Part shown: in pieces, positions 53,437-63,495 of the stretch
Layout of the letters: each line of letters begins with the position of its first letter
How positions within the stretch are numbered: the first letter of the stretch is position 1
Assembly (NCBI GenBank): GCA_019421005.1
Contig: JAHZGA010000002.1
Coordinates: 10,204 to 74,203, forward strand
Direction: 5' to 3'
DNA length: 64,000 bases
DNA from: a bacterium
GTDB taxonomy: Bacteria > Bacillota_I > Bacilli_A > RF39 > UBA660
The notes under the pieces: model-generated
What the model was told of the DNA's origin: nothing
Databases searched by the model: none
What the model saw: only the letters and a program-made list of their open reading frames with translations
Position numbers and translations under genes: made by a program

Positions 53437-55836
53437 TTATTTAACAACTATATTAACAAGTTTTTTAGGAATAGTAATTACTTTTACAATATTTTTATCT
53501 TTAATATGATTTTGAACATTATCAATCTTATAAGCAAGTTGTTCCATTTCTTCATTAGTTGTATCAGTTGAAACAATTATTTTTCCTCTTACTTTACCAT
53601 TAACTTGAACAACCATTTCAAATGTTTCATCAATTATTTTATCTTCATCATAATCTTGTAAAATTGATTTAGATAATTCTTCACCCAAATCATATTTTTC
53701 ATTCAACTCTTCAGTTATATGAGGTGAGAATGGATTTAATAATTGTAAAAATATTCTATATTCTTTTCTAGTAATTTTTTTATTATTGTTAATTTCATTA
53801 AGCATTGTCATTAATGTAGATACTGCTGTATTATATTTTACATTTTCAATATCTTCACATACCTTTTTTATTCCTTTATTTATTATTTTTTCATTTTCTT
53901 TAGAAATAACATCTTCATCAGTTAAAATGTTTCCTAACTTACAAACTCTATCTAAAAACTTATAACATCCATTAAGTGAATCTTCATTCCATGCTGCATC
54001 TTTAGAATAATCTCCAATAAACATTTCATAAAGTCTTAAAGCATCCGCACCATATTTTTCAATCATTTCAGTTGGATCAACAGTATTTCCTTTAGATTTA
54101 CTCATTTTGCTACCATCACTAGCTAAAATCATTCCATGGGCAATTCGTTTATAAAATGGTTCACTATAAGGTACTAGACCTTGTTCGTGCAAAAAAATGT
54201 TCCAAAATCTTGCATACAATAAATGACGAGTTGTATGTTCCATTCCACCATCATATAAATCTACTTGACCCCAATATTTCATTTTATCCATTGAAGCAAA
54301 TTCTTTATCGTTTTTAGGGTCCATATATCTTAAGAAATACCAACAAGAACCTGCCCAGTTAGGCATTGTATCAGTTTCTCTTTTAGCCATTTTTCCACAT
54401 TTAGGACAAGGTGTATTAACAAATTCTTCCAATAAAGAAAGTGGACTTTCTCCATCATCAGTAGGTTCATAAGATTCAACATTAGGTAAAACAACTGGTA
54501 AATCTTCTTCCTTAACTGGTACCCAGCCACAATCATCACAATGAACCATTGGAATTGGCTCACCCCAAAATCTTTGACGACTAAATATCCAATCTTGTAA
54601 TTTATAATTAGTAAATTTCTTACCTATTTTATTTTCTTCTAAATAATCATACATTTTATTTAAAGCTTCATCTTTATTTAATCCATTTATAAAATCAGAA
54701 TTAATGTGAATCCCATCTAAAGTATAAGCTTCTTTAGAAATATCTCCACCTTCTAAAACTGGAATAATATCAATGTTAAACTTTTTAGCAAATTCATAAT
54801 CACGAGTATCATGAGCAGGAACAGCCATAATAGCGCCTGTACCATAAGACATTAATACATAATCACTTATATAAATAGGAATTTCTTTATTATTAACTGG
54901 GTTAATTGCTGTAAGTCCATCTATTTTAACACCAGTTTTTTCTTTAGTCATATCAGTTCTTTCAATTTCTGATTTTAATCTAGCTTCATTTTGATATTTT
55001 TTTATTTCTTCAATATTTTTTATATCTTTTTCATATTTATTTAAAATAGGATGTTCAGGTGAGATAACCATAAAAGTTACTCCAAATAAAGTATCACATC
55101 TAGTTGTAAATACTTCTAATTTTTCTTTAATTTCTTTTATTTTAAAAGATACATTCGCACCTATTGATTTACCTATCCAATTCACTTGGGCTGTTTTAGC
55201 TTTATCAAGTATTTCAGTATCATCTAAACCTTTTATTAATTTTTCGGAATAATCTTTCATCTTAAGCATCCATTGATTTTTTAATTTTTTCTCAACTAGT
55301 GTATCACATCTAACACATCTACCACCTTGAGAATCTTCATTAGATAATCCTATTTTACATTTGGGACACCAATTAATTTCTTTTTCATCTTTATAAGCCA
55401 TTTTAGCTTCAAAAAACTTTATAAATTGCCATTGTGTCCATTTATAATATTCTGGTTCACAAGTACTTACCTCTCTTGACCAATCAACTGAAAGTCCTAA
55501 ACTTTTTGCTTGAGCTCTAAAAACATCAATACATTTATGAGTCATAATAGATGGATGTTCATGATTTTTAATTGCATATTGTTCAGCTGGATTTCCAAAT
55601 GAATCAAATCCAAAAGGGAAAAGTACATTTAATCCTTTGGCTCTTCTATACCTAGCATGAACATCAGAAGCTGTAAAACAACGGGCATGACCAACGTGAA
55701 GACCCGCGCCTGATGGATATGGAAATTCAACAAGCATATAAAATTTCTTTTTATTTTTATCTTCTGTTACTTTAAAAGTTTCTTCTTCTTCCCATTTTTT
55801 TTGCCATTTTTTTTCTATTTCTTTAAAATTTTTCAT
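53437..55836 (-). CDS. leuS: leucine--tRNA ligase
   Basis: HVGHARCF (HIGH), the CP1 editing region TTRCDTLFG, and KMSKSKGN. Start chosen at ATG 55836 ([15 protein letters not shown]), 1 nt after the stop of the upstream small ORF. Confidence 0.96.
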   Translation of the reverse strand: [799 protein letters not shown]

Positions 55837-55837
55837 T

Positions 55838-56188
55838 CTATTCCTTCTTTCCATATTTTTTTTGTAAATTTGTTCCAATAATATGATATACCAATAAAAT
55901 TGTTGGAAATAAAACTATAAATCCGACCATTAGTTTTAACATTAATTCATTAACAAATCCTATTACAAAAACAGTAATTGAAATTATAAACGCATTAGAA
56001 AGTGCGGATATATTATATAAAACAGTTAAATTAACTTTATTTATATCAATATTATATTTAGTAGTTAAATATTTTATTTCCGTACTATTTTTATATTTAT
56101 TCTTTTTTTTCTTTCTAATAATAATTAAAAATAAATAAATTAAATAAACTATTACAAAAGTTATTAAAGACATAATTAAATTTTCCAT
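55838..56188 (-). CDS. small membrane protein (116 aa, 3 predicted TM helices) between the T-box leader and leuS
   Basis: GGAAAGAGG lies upstream of ATG 56188. Hydrophobic helices: SLITFVIVYLIYLFLIII, AFIISITVFVIGFV, MVGFIVLFPTILLVYHII. No family recognised. Confidence 0.55.
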   Translation of the reverse strand: MENLIMSLITFVIVYLIYLFLIIIRKKKKNKYKNSTEIKYLTTKYNIDINKVNLTVLYNISALSNAFIISITVFVIGFVNELMLKLMVGFIVLFPTILLVYHIIGTNLQKKYGKKE

Positions 56189-56204
56189 ATCAAACCTCTT
56201 TCCA

Positions 56205-56412
56205 CAAAAAAAGCTATTATAATCTAAAGACGAATTGATCGCGGTACCACTTTAGTTCATAATAACTCTATTATGCTCTTTTAATTCTAACGGTTTTTAC
56301 CGGACTTAAAAGTCAACTCCAAAGCAAGTTCATAATCTCTATATTATTAGTTTTCACCTAACACTAACTCTCTTTTAAATATTTCAATTACTACTACTCT
56401 TTTTCACAGTTT
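56205..56412 (-). promoter_or_regulatory. T-box riboswitch leader (Leu specifier candidate CUA)
   Basis: Minus strand carries AGAGAG, GGUGAAAA-CUA-A (specifier-loop-like), the T-box core AGTGGTACCGCG (56252-56241), the distal helix CUAAAG...CUUUAG and a U7 run at 56212-56206. Confidence 0.85.
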
Positions 56413-56418
56413 TTATGT

Positions 56419-56447
56419 ATTATACTATATTTCTCTTAAATATTCAA
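56419..56447 (-). promoter_or_regulatory. sigma-A-type promoter of the leuS T-box leader
   Basis: Minus strand reads TTGAAT (56447-56442), 17 nt, then TATAAT (56424-56419). It overlaps the 3' end of the GH31 gene. Confidence 0.6.
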
Positions 56448-58818
56448 GCAGTTTTAAAAATAAATCAACAAATTTTCGTTCTAAACCTTTTGTTGTTAAT
56501 TTTCTAATTTGAATCCTTTTTTTAGCAATTGGATCATCACCAAATAAAATAGCATCGATTTTTTCTTTTAATTCAGTTGGTATTTGTAAATCACTTATTA
56601 TTCCAACAAAATCATCACTTATTAATCTTACAGCTTCTAATTCAACATTTTGACCCTTACAATTTATTAAAACACTAGAACTAGTATCAACATCATTTAT
56701 TTCAACAACAAAATCTTTATCATCTTCATAACTTTTGAAATTATAACTAACTTGATTAACAAAAACTTGAACTTCATTAATTCTAGTAGTATTACGAAAT
56801 CTTATTTTATAATCTCTTTTCTTTACAATATATTCATTGGCTTTAATGGGTTTTATCAATAATGAATAATCATCTTTTTTATATTGATATTGTATTCTAG
56901 TTATTAAGTATTTTCCTAAACGATAATCCTCTGTTATTCCATCATCTTCATATAAATCATAACTATTACTTTTCCCAGGAAAAACTTGAATTTCTAATTT
57001 TTTAGGAGGATTAGTATCATTAGAATTTTCTAAATTTAAAGGTATAATCGCACCTGCTATAACAAATACTGGATAATCTTGATCTTTATAAAAAGATACA
57101 TATCTTTTATTACCAACAAATTTTTTTCCCGTTATAAAATCATACCAAATTCCTTCAGGAACAAAAAATTTGTGAATAACCCTATCCATAACATAATCTT
57201 TTTTAGTCATAATAGGAGCTATAAAGATTTGACTACCAAAATAATATTCATATTTAAATAACATATCATCATAAAATCTTGGATATTTATAATATAGTGG
57301 TTGTAATAAAGGTATACCATATCTACTGAATTTATAGGCTTCTGTATATAAATATGGAATCATTTTATGACGTAGTTGTAAATAATCTTTAACTATTTCA
57401 CATGTTTTGACGCTCCAGCGCCATGGCTCTCTTTTATAATATTTTCCTTCATCACATCCAAATTTCATTATTGGACTAAAAACACCTAATTGAACAAACC
57501 TTGTATATAATTCATTATCTTCTACACCGAAATGATATCCACCTATATCATGGCTACAAAAACTAACTCCATTGTTAGTAGCAAGACAATTATATAGAGG
57601 AATTTGTCTTAAAGTTTCCCAACTAACAATTGTTTTACCTGAATACATAACTGGATAACGATGTGGGGCAATAGTAGAATTAAGTGATAAAATTAAAGGT
57701 CTTATATTTAAACGTTTCATATCAAAATATTGATAATGTTGTAACATAAATAAATTCTTATAATCACCATTATAATCAATCCAGAAGAAATCAACTCCCA
57801 TATTTTCAAGTGGATGTAAATAAAATTTTAAATAGATATCAACAAAACGAGGATTTAACATATTAAATGGAATTATACCATTACTATCAGGAGTTAAATA
57901 TTTAATTGCTTCTTGATAAATTGGATCTATAGGATAGAGACCTTCTTTAGGATCAACACTAAGACCTAGTTTTATATTTTTACCTTTTATGTAACTTATT
58001 AAGTTTTTAGGATTTTCTAAATAATTGCTGTTAAAACTAAAACCAGTCCTTAATAATTTTTGGTTATATTTTCTAATATGCCAATCTTTATCTAAAACTA
58101 ATATTGATAAAGGAATTTCATTTTTAGCAAAGTTATCAACTAAATTAATAATTTCATTTTGATAATATGGATTATTTCTCATCCACCAATTTCCTAAAGC
58201 ATATCTTGGAATTAATGGAGGATAACCAGTTATTGTATAATAATCAGTTAAACAATAGGCAAAATCTCTTAAATAGGCAAATAAATATATATCAATTTCA
58301 TTATTTTCTCTTGGAACAATTACTCCTGATTCATCTATCATATTATTTTTAGAATCATCTATACTTACAAAGCCATCTAAAGAATATAATCCCTTTTCTT
58401 TTAACATTTTACCTTTTTTATCTTGTAAAGTTAAACCTGGTGAATTAAAGTTTCTCACCTCTGGATGGCCATAATACCAAATACGATTAGTATTTAAAAG
58501 TTCAACTTTTAAATTAGAAGAAGGATTGATTTTAGAACCCTTATAAGGTTTTTCTTTAGAATATGTAATTCTTACATATTTTGTTTCTATTTGTAAAAGA
58601 TGAGAATTTTCACTTTTTTTAAAGTTAACTGGGGCTGTATTTCTAAACCAAACTAATTCTGTTGGTTTATCTAGAAAAATGCCATTTTCATTATACTCAA
58701 ATCTTATTAAACGTTCAGTTAAAACAGTAATTCTATATTTAGAACCCTTAATAATGTTTTTAGGATTACTTATTGCTTTAGTAAAATCTAATTTAAATTG
58801 TTCGCCTAATTGATACAT
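56425..58818 (-). CDS. glycoside hydrolase family 31 (alpha-glucosidase/alpha-xylosidase-like)
   Basis: 797 aa. N-terminal YRITVLTERLIRFEY, GVDFFWIDYNG (nucleophile region) and SHDIGGYHFG (acid/base region), typical of GH31. Confidence 0.8.
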   Translation of the reverse strand: MYQLGEQFKLDFTKAISNPKNIIKGSKYRITVLTERLIRFEYNENGIFLDKPTELVWFRNTAPVNFKKSENSHLLQIETKYVRITYSKEKPYKGSKINPSSNLKVELLNTNRIWYYGHPEVRNFNSPGLTLQDKKGKMLKEKGLYSLDGFVSIDDSKNNMIDESGVIVPRENNEIDIYLFAYLRDFAYCLTDYYTITGYPPLIPRYALGNWWMRNNPYYQNEIINLVDNFAKNEIPLSILVLDKDWHIRKYNQKLLRTGFSFNSNYLENPKNLISYIKGKNIKLGLSVDPKEGLYPIDPIYQEAIKYLTPDSNGIIPFNMLNPRFVDIYLKFYLHPLENMGVDFFWIDYNGDYKNLFMLQHYQYFDMKRLNIRPLILSLNSTIAPHRYPVMYSGKTIVSWETLRQIPLYNCLATNNGVSFCSHDIGGYHFGVEDNELYTRFVQLGVFSPIMKFGCDEGKYYKREPWRWSVKTCEIVKDYLQLRHKMIPYLYTEAYKFSRYGIPLLQPLYYKYPRFYDDMLFKYEYYFGSQIFIAPIMTKKDYVMDRVIHKFFVPEGIWYDFITGKKFVGNKRYVSFYKDQDYPVFVIAGAIIPLNLENSNDTNPPKKLEIQVFPGKSNSYDLYEDDGITEDYRLGKYLITRIQYQYKKDDYSLLIKPIKANEYIVKKRDYKIRFRNTTRINEVQVFVNQVSYNFKSYEDDKDFVVEINDVDTSSSVLINCKGQNVELEAVRLISDDFVGIISDLQIPTELKEKIDAILFGDDPIAKKRIQIRKLTTKGLERKFVDLFLKLLEYLREI

Positions 58819-58850
58819 TTTTCTAATCCCCTTTCTATATTCTCTCTTAT

Positions 58851-58859
58851 ATTATACCA
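58851..58859 (-). promoter_or_regulatory. extended -10 element (TGGTATAAT) upstream of the GH31 gene
   Basis: Minus strand reads TGgTATAAT, 32 nt upstream of the ATG. The RBS GAAAGGGGA lies in between. Confidence 0.4.
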
Positions 58860-58975
58860 ATTTTTCTTTTTTTTAAAAAGATATTATTATATTTTTAATT
58901 AAAAGTTTATTATTATTTTTAAATTTTTTTAATAATTTTACATTATAATGTAAAGTAGTTAAAAAAAAAAGATAT

Positions 58976-59371
58976 TTAATCTTTTTTTACAGTTTTACTT
59001 TTAGATGTTTTTTTTGAATTTGTTTTTTTAACTTCTTTTTTTACACCTTTTTTAGAAGTTACTTTCTTTTCAACTTTAGTTTCTTCTACAATTTCTTTTT
59101 TACTTTCTATTTTCATATCTTTAATTTGCATATAAAATATTAATAGTAAAATTCCTGAAATAGTTGATAACAATAAAAATGTGATAGCCCAGATAAAGAT
59201 AATATCTTTTTTTTCAATAATTTCTTTATCTGTTTTTAAATTATAATCAAGCATTTTTATTGAACCAATAATACAAGGTATACCAATAATTAATCCTATT
59301 ATTGTAGTAGAATATAAAATTCCTAAAATAAGTCCTATTATCCCAGAGATACGTAATAATTCTTTATTCAT
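58976..59371 (-). CDS. small membrane protein with Lys-rich C-terminal tail
   Basis: Two or three TM helices followed by [30 protein letters not shown]. Start ambiguous (59371/59377/59380). Overlaps the pnp 3' end. Confidence 0.55.
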   Translation of the reverse strand: MNKELLRISGIIGLILGILYSTTIIGLIIGIPCIIGSIKMLDYNLKTDKEIIEKKDIIFIWAITFLLLSTISGILLLIFYMQIKDMKIESKKEIVEETKVEKKVTSKKGVKKEVKKTNSKKTSKSKTVKKD

Positions 59372-61511
59372 TTTCATCACCCTTTTTTAATGCTTTTTTG
59401 CGTGATAAATTTAACCTACCACGTTTATCAAATCCTAATGATTTTACTAAAATTTCATCGCCAACTTTAACGACATCACTTGGTTTTTCAACTCTTTTAC
59501 TGTCTAATTGTGAAACATGTACTAAACCTTCACAACCCGGCCATAATTCAACAAAGCATCCAAAATCTTCAACTTTTACAACTTTTCCAGTATAAATAAC
59601 ATCATCTTCAACTTCTCTTACAATTGCTTTAATCATATCAGCAGTTTTATCAATTACTTCTTGATTGCTATGATAAATTATAACTCTACCATCATCCTCT
59701 AAATCAACCTTAACAGCATTAATGTCGTTAACGGCTTTAACATTACTAGCTTCTAAAATAATTTTAGTAATCACTTCTCCACCACGTCCAATAACATCTT
59801 TTATTTTATTTGGATCAATATTAAATGTTAATGTTTTTGGAGCATATTTACTAACTTCCTTACGTGGTTCTTTAATTTCACTAGTAATTACATCTAAAAT
59901 TTGTAAACGAGCTTTTTTAGCTTGTTCTAAAGCTTCTTTTAAGATGTCTTTATTAATTCCTTTTATTTTAATATCCATTTGTAAAGCACATATACCATCT
60001 TTAGTACCTGCTACTTTAAAGTCCATATCGCCTAAATGATCTTCCATTCCTTGAATATCAGTTAAAACAGTATAATCATCTCCATCAGTAATTAACCCCA
60101 TAGCAATTCCAGCAACTGGAGCTTTTATAGGAACACCAGCTGTCATTAAGGCCATACATCCTGCACAGATACTTGCTTGTGAAGATGAACCGTTACTTTC
60201 TAAAATTTCTGATACAACTCTTATTGTATATGGGAAAACTTCTTCACTTGGAATAACTTGTAATAAGGCTTTTTCCCCTAAAGCACCATGACCAATTTCT
60301 CTTCTACCAGGTGATCCATATCTTCCTGTTTCACCAACAGAAAATTGTGGAAAATTATAATGTAACATAAATCTTTTGCCATCTTCTAAACCAAGTCCAT
60401 CTAAAACTTGATGTTCCCCTAAAGCACCTAAAGTTACAACTGATAAACTTTGAGTTTGTCCTCTTGTAAAAAGGGCTGATCCATGAGTTCGTGGTAAAAT
60501 ATCAATAGCTGTTGATAATGGTCTAATTTCATCCATTTTTCTTCCATCAGCTCTAGTTTTTTCTTTAACAACAATCTTTCTAAATATTTCATATTCAATT
60601 TGTTCTAATACTAATTTAACTTTAGTAATTAATTCTTTTAATTCAATTTCTTTTAAGTTTTCATTCTCTACTTCATATTTATTAACAACTTCTTCTTTTA
60701 TTTTTTCAATTGCTTCATATTTTTCAAGTTTATCTTTAATTCTTAAAGCTTCATTTAATTTATCACTTGCCAAAGTTTTTATTTCTTCTTTTAATTCATC
60801 AGTTATTTCTAATACTTCATAACTCATTTTTTCTTCGCCTATTTCAGCAATTATTTTTTCTTCAAAGGCAATTAATTCTTTAATAGCTTCATGTCCAAAT
60901 AATAAAGCTTCTAACATATCATTTTCATTTACTTCGCTGGCGGATGCTTCTACCATATTAATTGCTTCTTTAGTACCAGCAACAGTTAGATCAATATCAC
61001 TAATTTCAGCTTCTTTAACAGTTGGATTAATTATAAATTCACCATTAACTCTTCCTACCTTTACTCCAGCAATTGGACCATTAAATGGTATTTTACTAAT
61101 TGATGTTGCTAATGAAGAACCAAACATTGCTGTTATTTCTGGAGAATTATCTTGATCAACTGATAGAATAGTATTAACTATTTGAACTTCATTTTTAAAT
61201 CCACTTGGGAATAATGGGCGCATAGGTCTATCAATCATTCTTGCCCCTAAAGTTGCATTCTCTGTAGGTCTACCTTCTCTTTTTATAAACCCACCTGGAA
61301 TTTTACCAACTGAATATAATTTTTCCTCATATAAAACTTGTAATGGGAAAAAGTCAGATAATAAATTTGCTGTTTTATTAACTACTGCAACTGATAATAC
61401 AACTGTATCTCCATATCTTACTAAAACTGATCCATGTGCTTGTTTAGCTAGCTGGCCTGTTTCAACAACTAATTTTCTTCCTCTAAAATCTAATTCGTAT
61501 ACTTTTTTCAT
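59364..61511 (-). CDS. pnp: polyribonucleotide nucleotidyltransferase (PNPase)
   Basis: Two RNase PH domains ([15 protein letters not shown]), plus KH and S1 ([15 protein letters not shown]) domains. ATG 61511 follows AAGAGGAGG. Confidence 0.97.
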   Translation of the reverse strand: MKKVYELDFRGRKLVVETGQLAKQAHGSVLVRYGDTVVLSVAVVNKTANLLSDFFPLQVLYEEKLYSVGKIPGGFIKREGRPTENATLGARMIDRPMRPLFPSGFKNEVQIVNTILSVDQDNSPEITAMFGSSLATSISKIPFNGPIAGVKVGRVNGEFIINPTVKEAEISDIDLTVAGTKEAINMVEASASEVNENDMLEALLFGHEAIKELIAFEEKIIAEIGEEKMSYEVLEITDELKEEIKTLASDKLNEALRIKDKLEKYEAIEKIKEEVVNKYEVENENLKEIELKELITKVKLVLEQIEYEIFRKIVVKEKTRADGRKMDEIRPLSTAIDILPRTHGSALFTRGQTQSLSVVTLGALGEHQVLDGLGLEDGKRFMLHYNFPQFSVGETGRYGSPGRREIGHGALGEKALLQVIPSEEVFPYTIRVVSEILESNGSSSQASICAGCMALMTAGVPIKAPVAGIAMGLITDGDDYTVLTDIQGMEDHLGDMDFKVAGTKDGICALQMDIKIKGINKDILKEALEQAKKARLQILDVITSEIKEPRKEVSKYAPKTLTFNIDPNKIKDVIGRGGEVITKIILEASNVKAVNDINAVKVDLEDDGRVIIYHSNQEVIDKTADMIKAIVREVEDDVIYTGKVVKVEDFGCFVELWPGCEGLVHVSQLDSKRVEKPSDVVKVGDEILVKSLGFDKRGRLNLSRKKALKKGDENE

Positions 61512-61533
61512 AACTACCTCCTCTTTATAGAAA

Positions 61534-61552
61534 AACACTCAAAAAAGAGTGT
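61534..61552 (-). terminator. rpsO-pnp intergenic hairpin (attenuating terminator or processing site)
   Basis: Minus strand reads ACACTC-TTTTTT-GAGTGT followed by TTTT, immediately after the rpsO stop and before the pnp RBS. Confidence 0.45.
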
Positions 61553-61822
61553 CTACTTTCTTAATCCTAATTCTTTAATAAGTTTACGATATCTAGTTAC
61601 ATCAGTTTTTAGTAAATAATTTAACATATTACGTCTTTGACCAACTTTTTTTAGTAAACCTCTTCTAGAATGAAAATCATGTTTATGTTCTTTTAAATGT
61701 TCTGTTAAAACTTTAATTTCTTCTGTTAAAATTGCTATTTGAACTTCAGCTGAACCTGTATCTTTTTCATTTTGGGCAAATTTTTTAACAATATTAGCTT
61801 TAACTTCTTTACTTAATGCCAT
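61553..61822 (-). CDS. rpsO: 30S ribosomal protein S15
   Basis: 89 aa: [50 protein letters not shown]. Confidence 0.97.
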   Translation of the reverse strand: MALSKEVKANIVKKFAQNEKDTGSAEVQIAILTEEIKVLTEHLKEHKHDFHSRRGLLKKVGQRRNMLNYLLKTDVTRYRKLIKELGLRK

Positions 61823-61932
61823 TTTTTTCTCCTTTCACAATTATTCGCTTATACCAAGAATACGTTAGGAGAAACGTAATCCAAGAATAAGTACATTCTT
61901 ATAATACACTAAATCATTAATAAAATCAAGTG

Positions 61933-62790
61933 TTAAATAAACATTTTCCACGGTTTAATTTTATTATCTTTATAATCCTTATAAATTGCAATTACTTCAT
62001 TTTGATAAGTAAATGTAATTGGAGTATCATAATCACTATTTAATATTTGACCATTTTTAATTTTATTAAATAATTCTTCAGATACTTCAACTTGATTATA
62101 ATTTAAACAATGTTTTATTGGAATAATATTTTTAATAGTTACATCTTCTATCTTTAGAGCATCTTCTATTTTAAATTCACCTTGTTTAGTTCTTCTTAAA
62201 GACTTCATAGTACCTACTGTATTTAATTTAAGTGCGATATCATTTACTAGACTTCTGATATAAGTACCCTTACTTACTAAACACTTGATTTTAAATATAG
62301 TTTGATTATCTTGATATTTGATATCACTAATTAATTCTAATTTTTTTATATTTACAACCCTAGTAGGTAATTTTACTTCTTCATTGTTTCTAGCATATTC
62401 ATATAATTTTTTTCCATTTATTTTAACAGCAGAATAAATAGGTACTTCTTGTTCATAAGAAGAAGGCATTTCATTTAAAACTTTTATTATTTGTTCTTTA
62501 GTAAATATAGCTTCCTTTTTTTCAATAGTTTTTCCTGTAATATCTAAAGTATCAGTTTTTATTCCTAAAACAATTTCAGCAATATATTCTTTATCATAAC
62601 TAGTTAACAGTTCTCCTATTTTAGTTGCCTTATTAATAGTCAAAACTAAAACACCTGTTGCATGTGGGTCTAAAGTTCCTGTATGACCTACTTTTTTTGT
62701 TTTTAATTTTTGAGATATTTTATTAACAACTTCTCTACTAGTTATTCCACTTGGTTTATCAATTATAATTATTCCATCCATTTTATTCAT
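61933..62790 (-). CDS. truB: tRNA pseudouridine(55) synthase
   Basis: GIIIIDKPSGITS and VGHTGTLDPHATGVLVL (catalytic Asp). Confidence 0.95.
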   Translation of the reverse strand: MNKMDGIIIIDKPSGITSREVVNKISQKLKTKKVGHTGTLDPHATGVLVLTINKATKIGELLTSYDKEYIAEIVLGIKTDTLDITGKTIEKKEAIFTKEQIIKVLNEMPSSYEQEVPIYSAVKINGKKLYEYARNNEEVKLPTRVVNIKKLELISDIKYQDNQTIFKIKCLVSKGTYIRSLVNDIALKLNTVGTMKSLRRTKQGEFKIEDALKIEDVTIKNIIPIKHCLNYNQVEVSEELFNKIKNGQILNSDYDTPITFTYQNEVIAIYKDYKDNKIKPWKMFI

Positions 62791-63478
62791 CTCTAAGCAT
62801 TAATACTAGTCTTAAAAGATTTATAATTGAAGATATAACTCCTGCTACATAAGTCATAGCAGCGGCACCTAACATTTTTTTTACATTTTCACTTTCACTT
62901 GAATTTATAAGCTTTAATGATTCCAATTGTTCTTTAGCTCTTTTAGAAGCATCAAATTCAACTGGTAAAGTTATAAGTTGAAATATTAAAGAAATTAAAA
63001 TCATTAGTATACCAACTTTTATATAACCTGTTACACCTGCAAGTAAAGATATTAAGGCAACAAAATAACCAGCGTATGTAATAAAGCTAACGATTGGAGC
63101 TATAAAAGAGCGAATTTGCATAAAAGTATATTTTTCTTTATCTTGAATAGCATGACCTACCTCGTGGGCTGCTACAGAAATAGCTGCTATACTATTACCA
63201 TGAAAAACCTCATGAGATAATCTAATTACTTTTCTAGATGGGTCATAATGATCAGTTAACTGACCTCTTACTTCAACAATGTGAATATTTTTAAGGCCAT
63301 TATTATCTAATATTTTTCTAGCTACCTCAACACCTGATAAATCACGTTTACATTTTACTGTTCTAAAATTATTATATGAACCTGTTACCTTTATTTGGGC
63401 TCCTATAGTTATTATTAATCCAATTACAAAAAGTGCGATTGTAATTGGTGTTTCATATCCTATTAACATTAAATCCAT
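62783..63478 (-). CDS. membrane zinc metallopeptidase (YugP/Zn_peptidase_2-like)
   Basis: AAHEVGHAIQ (HExxH), flanking TM helices and DASKRA near the C-terminus. Confidence 0.8.
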   Translation of the reverse strand: MDLMLIGYETPITIALFVIGLIITIGAQIKVTGSYNNFRTVKCKRDLSGVEVARKILDNNGLKNIHIVEVRGQLTDHYDPSRKVIRLSHEVFHGNSIAAISVAAHEVGHAIQDKEKYTFMQIRSFIAPIVSFITYAGYFVALISLLAGVTGYIKVGILMILISLIFQLITLPVEFDASKRAKEQLESLKLINSSESENVKKMLGAAAMTYVAGVISSIINLLRLVLMLRDE

Positions 63479-63495
63479 TTAATCACTCTTTCAAT

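Noticed and set aside
2912-60039. About 24 short ORFs (60-120 aa) in the supplied track that lie antisense to or nested in larger genes. Examples: 2912..3130, 3188..3379, 5253..5501, 8932..9147, 13681..13872, 19654..19863, 19968..20168, 25350..25547, 26492..26701, 32216..32539, 33819..34073, 37968..38162, 39546..39908, 39948..40148, 40726..40959, 41661..41945, 43012..43230, 43106..43297, 52266..52547, 54330..54563, 57079..57261, 58167..58352, 59398..59595, 59722..60039.
   Set aside because: Each overlaps a long ORF with clear family motifs on the other strand or frame. Their translations are low-complexity (Ile/Leu/Phe/Ser/Lys-rich), as expected from reading AT-rich coding DNA out of frame. 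None has a convincing SD.
61823-61932. Possible S15 autoregulatory leader structure upstream of rpsO (hairpins AAGAAU-GUACUU-AUUCUU and ACGUU-UCUCCU-AACGU, repeated AUUCUUGG).
   Set aside because: The stems are short and AT-rich. I cannot match them to a known S15-binding fold without a covariance model, so it is left as unverified rather than called.
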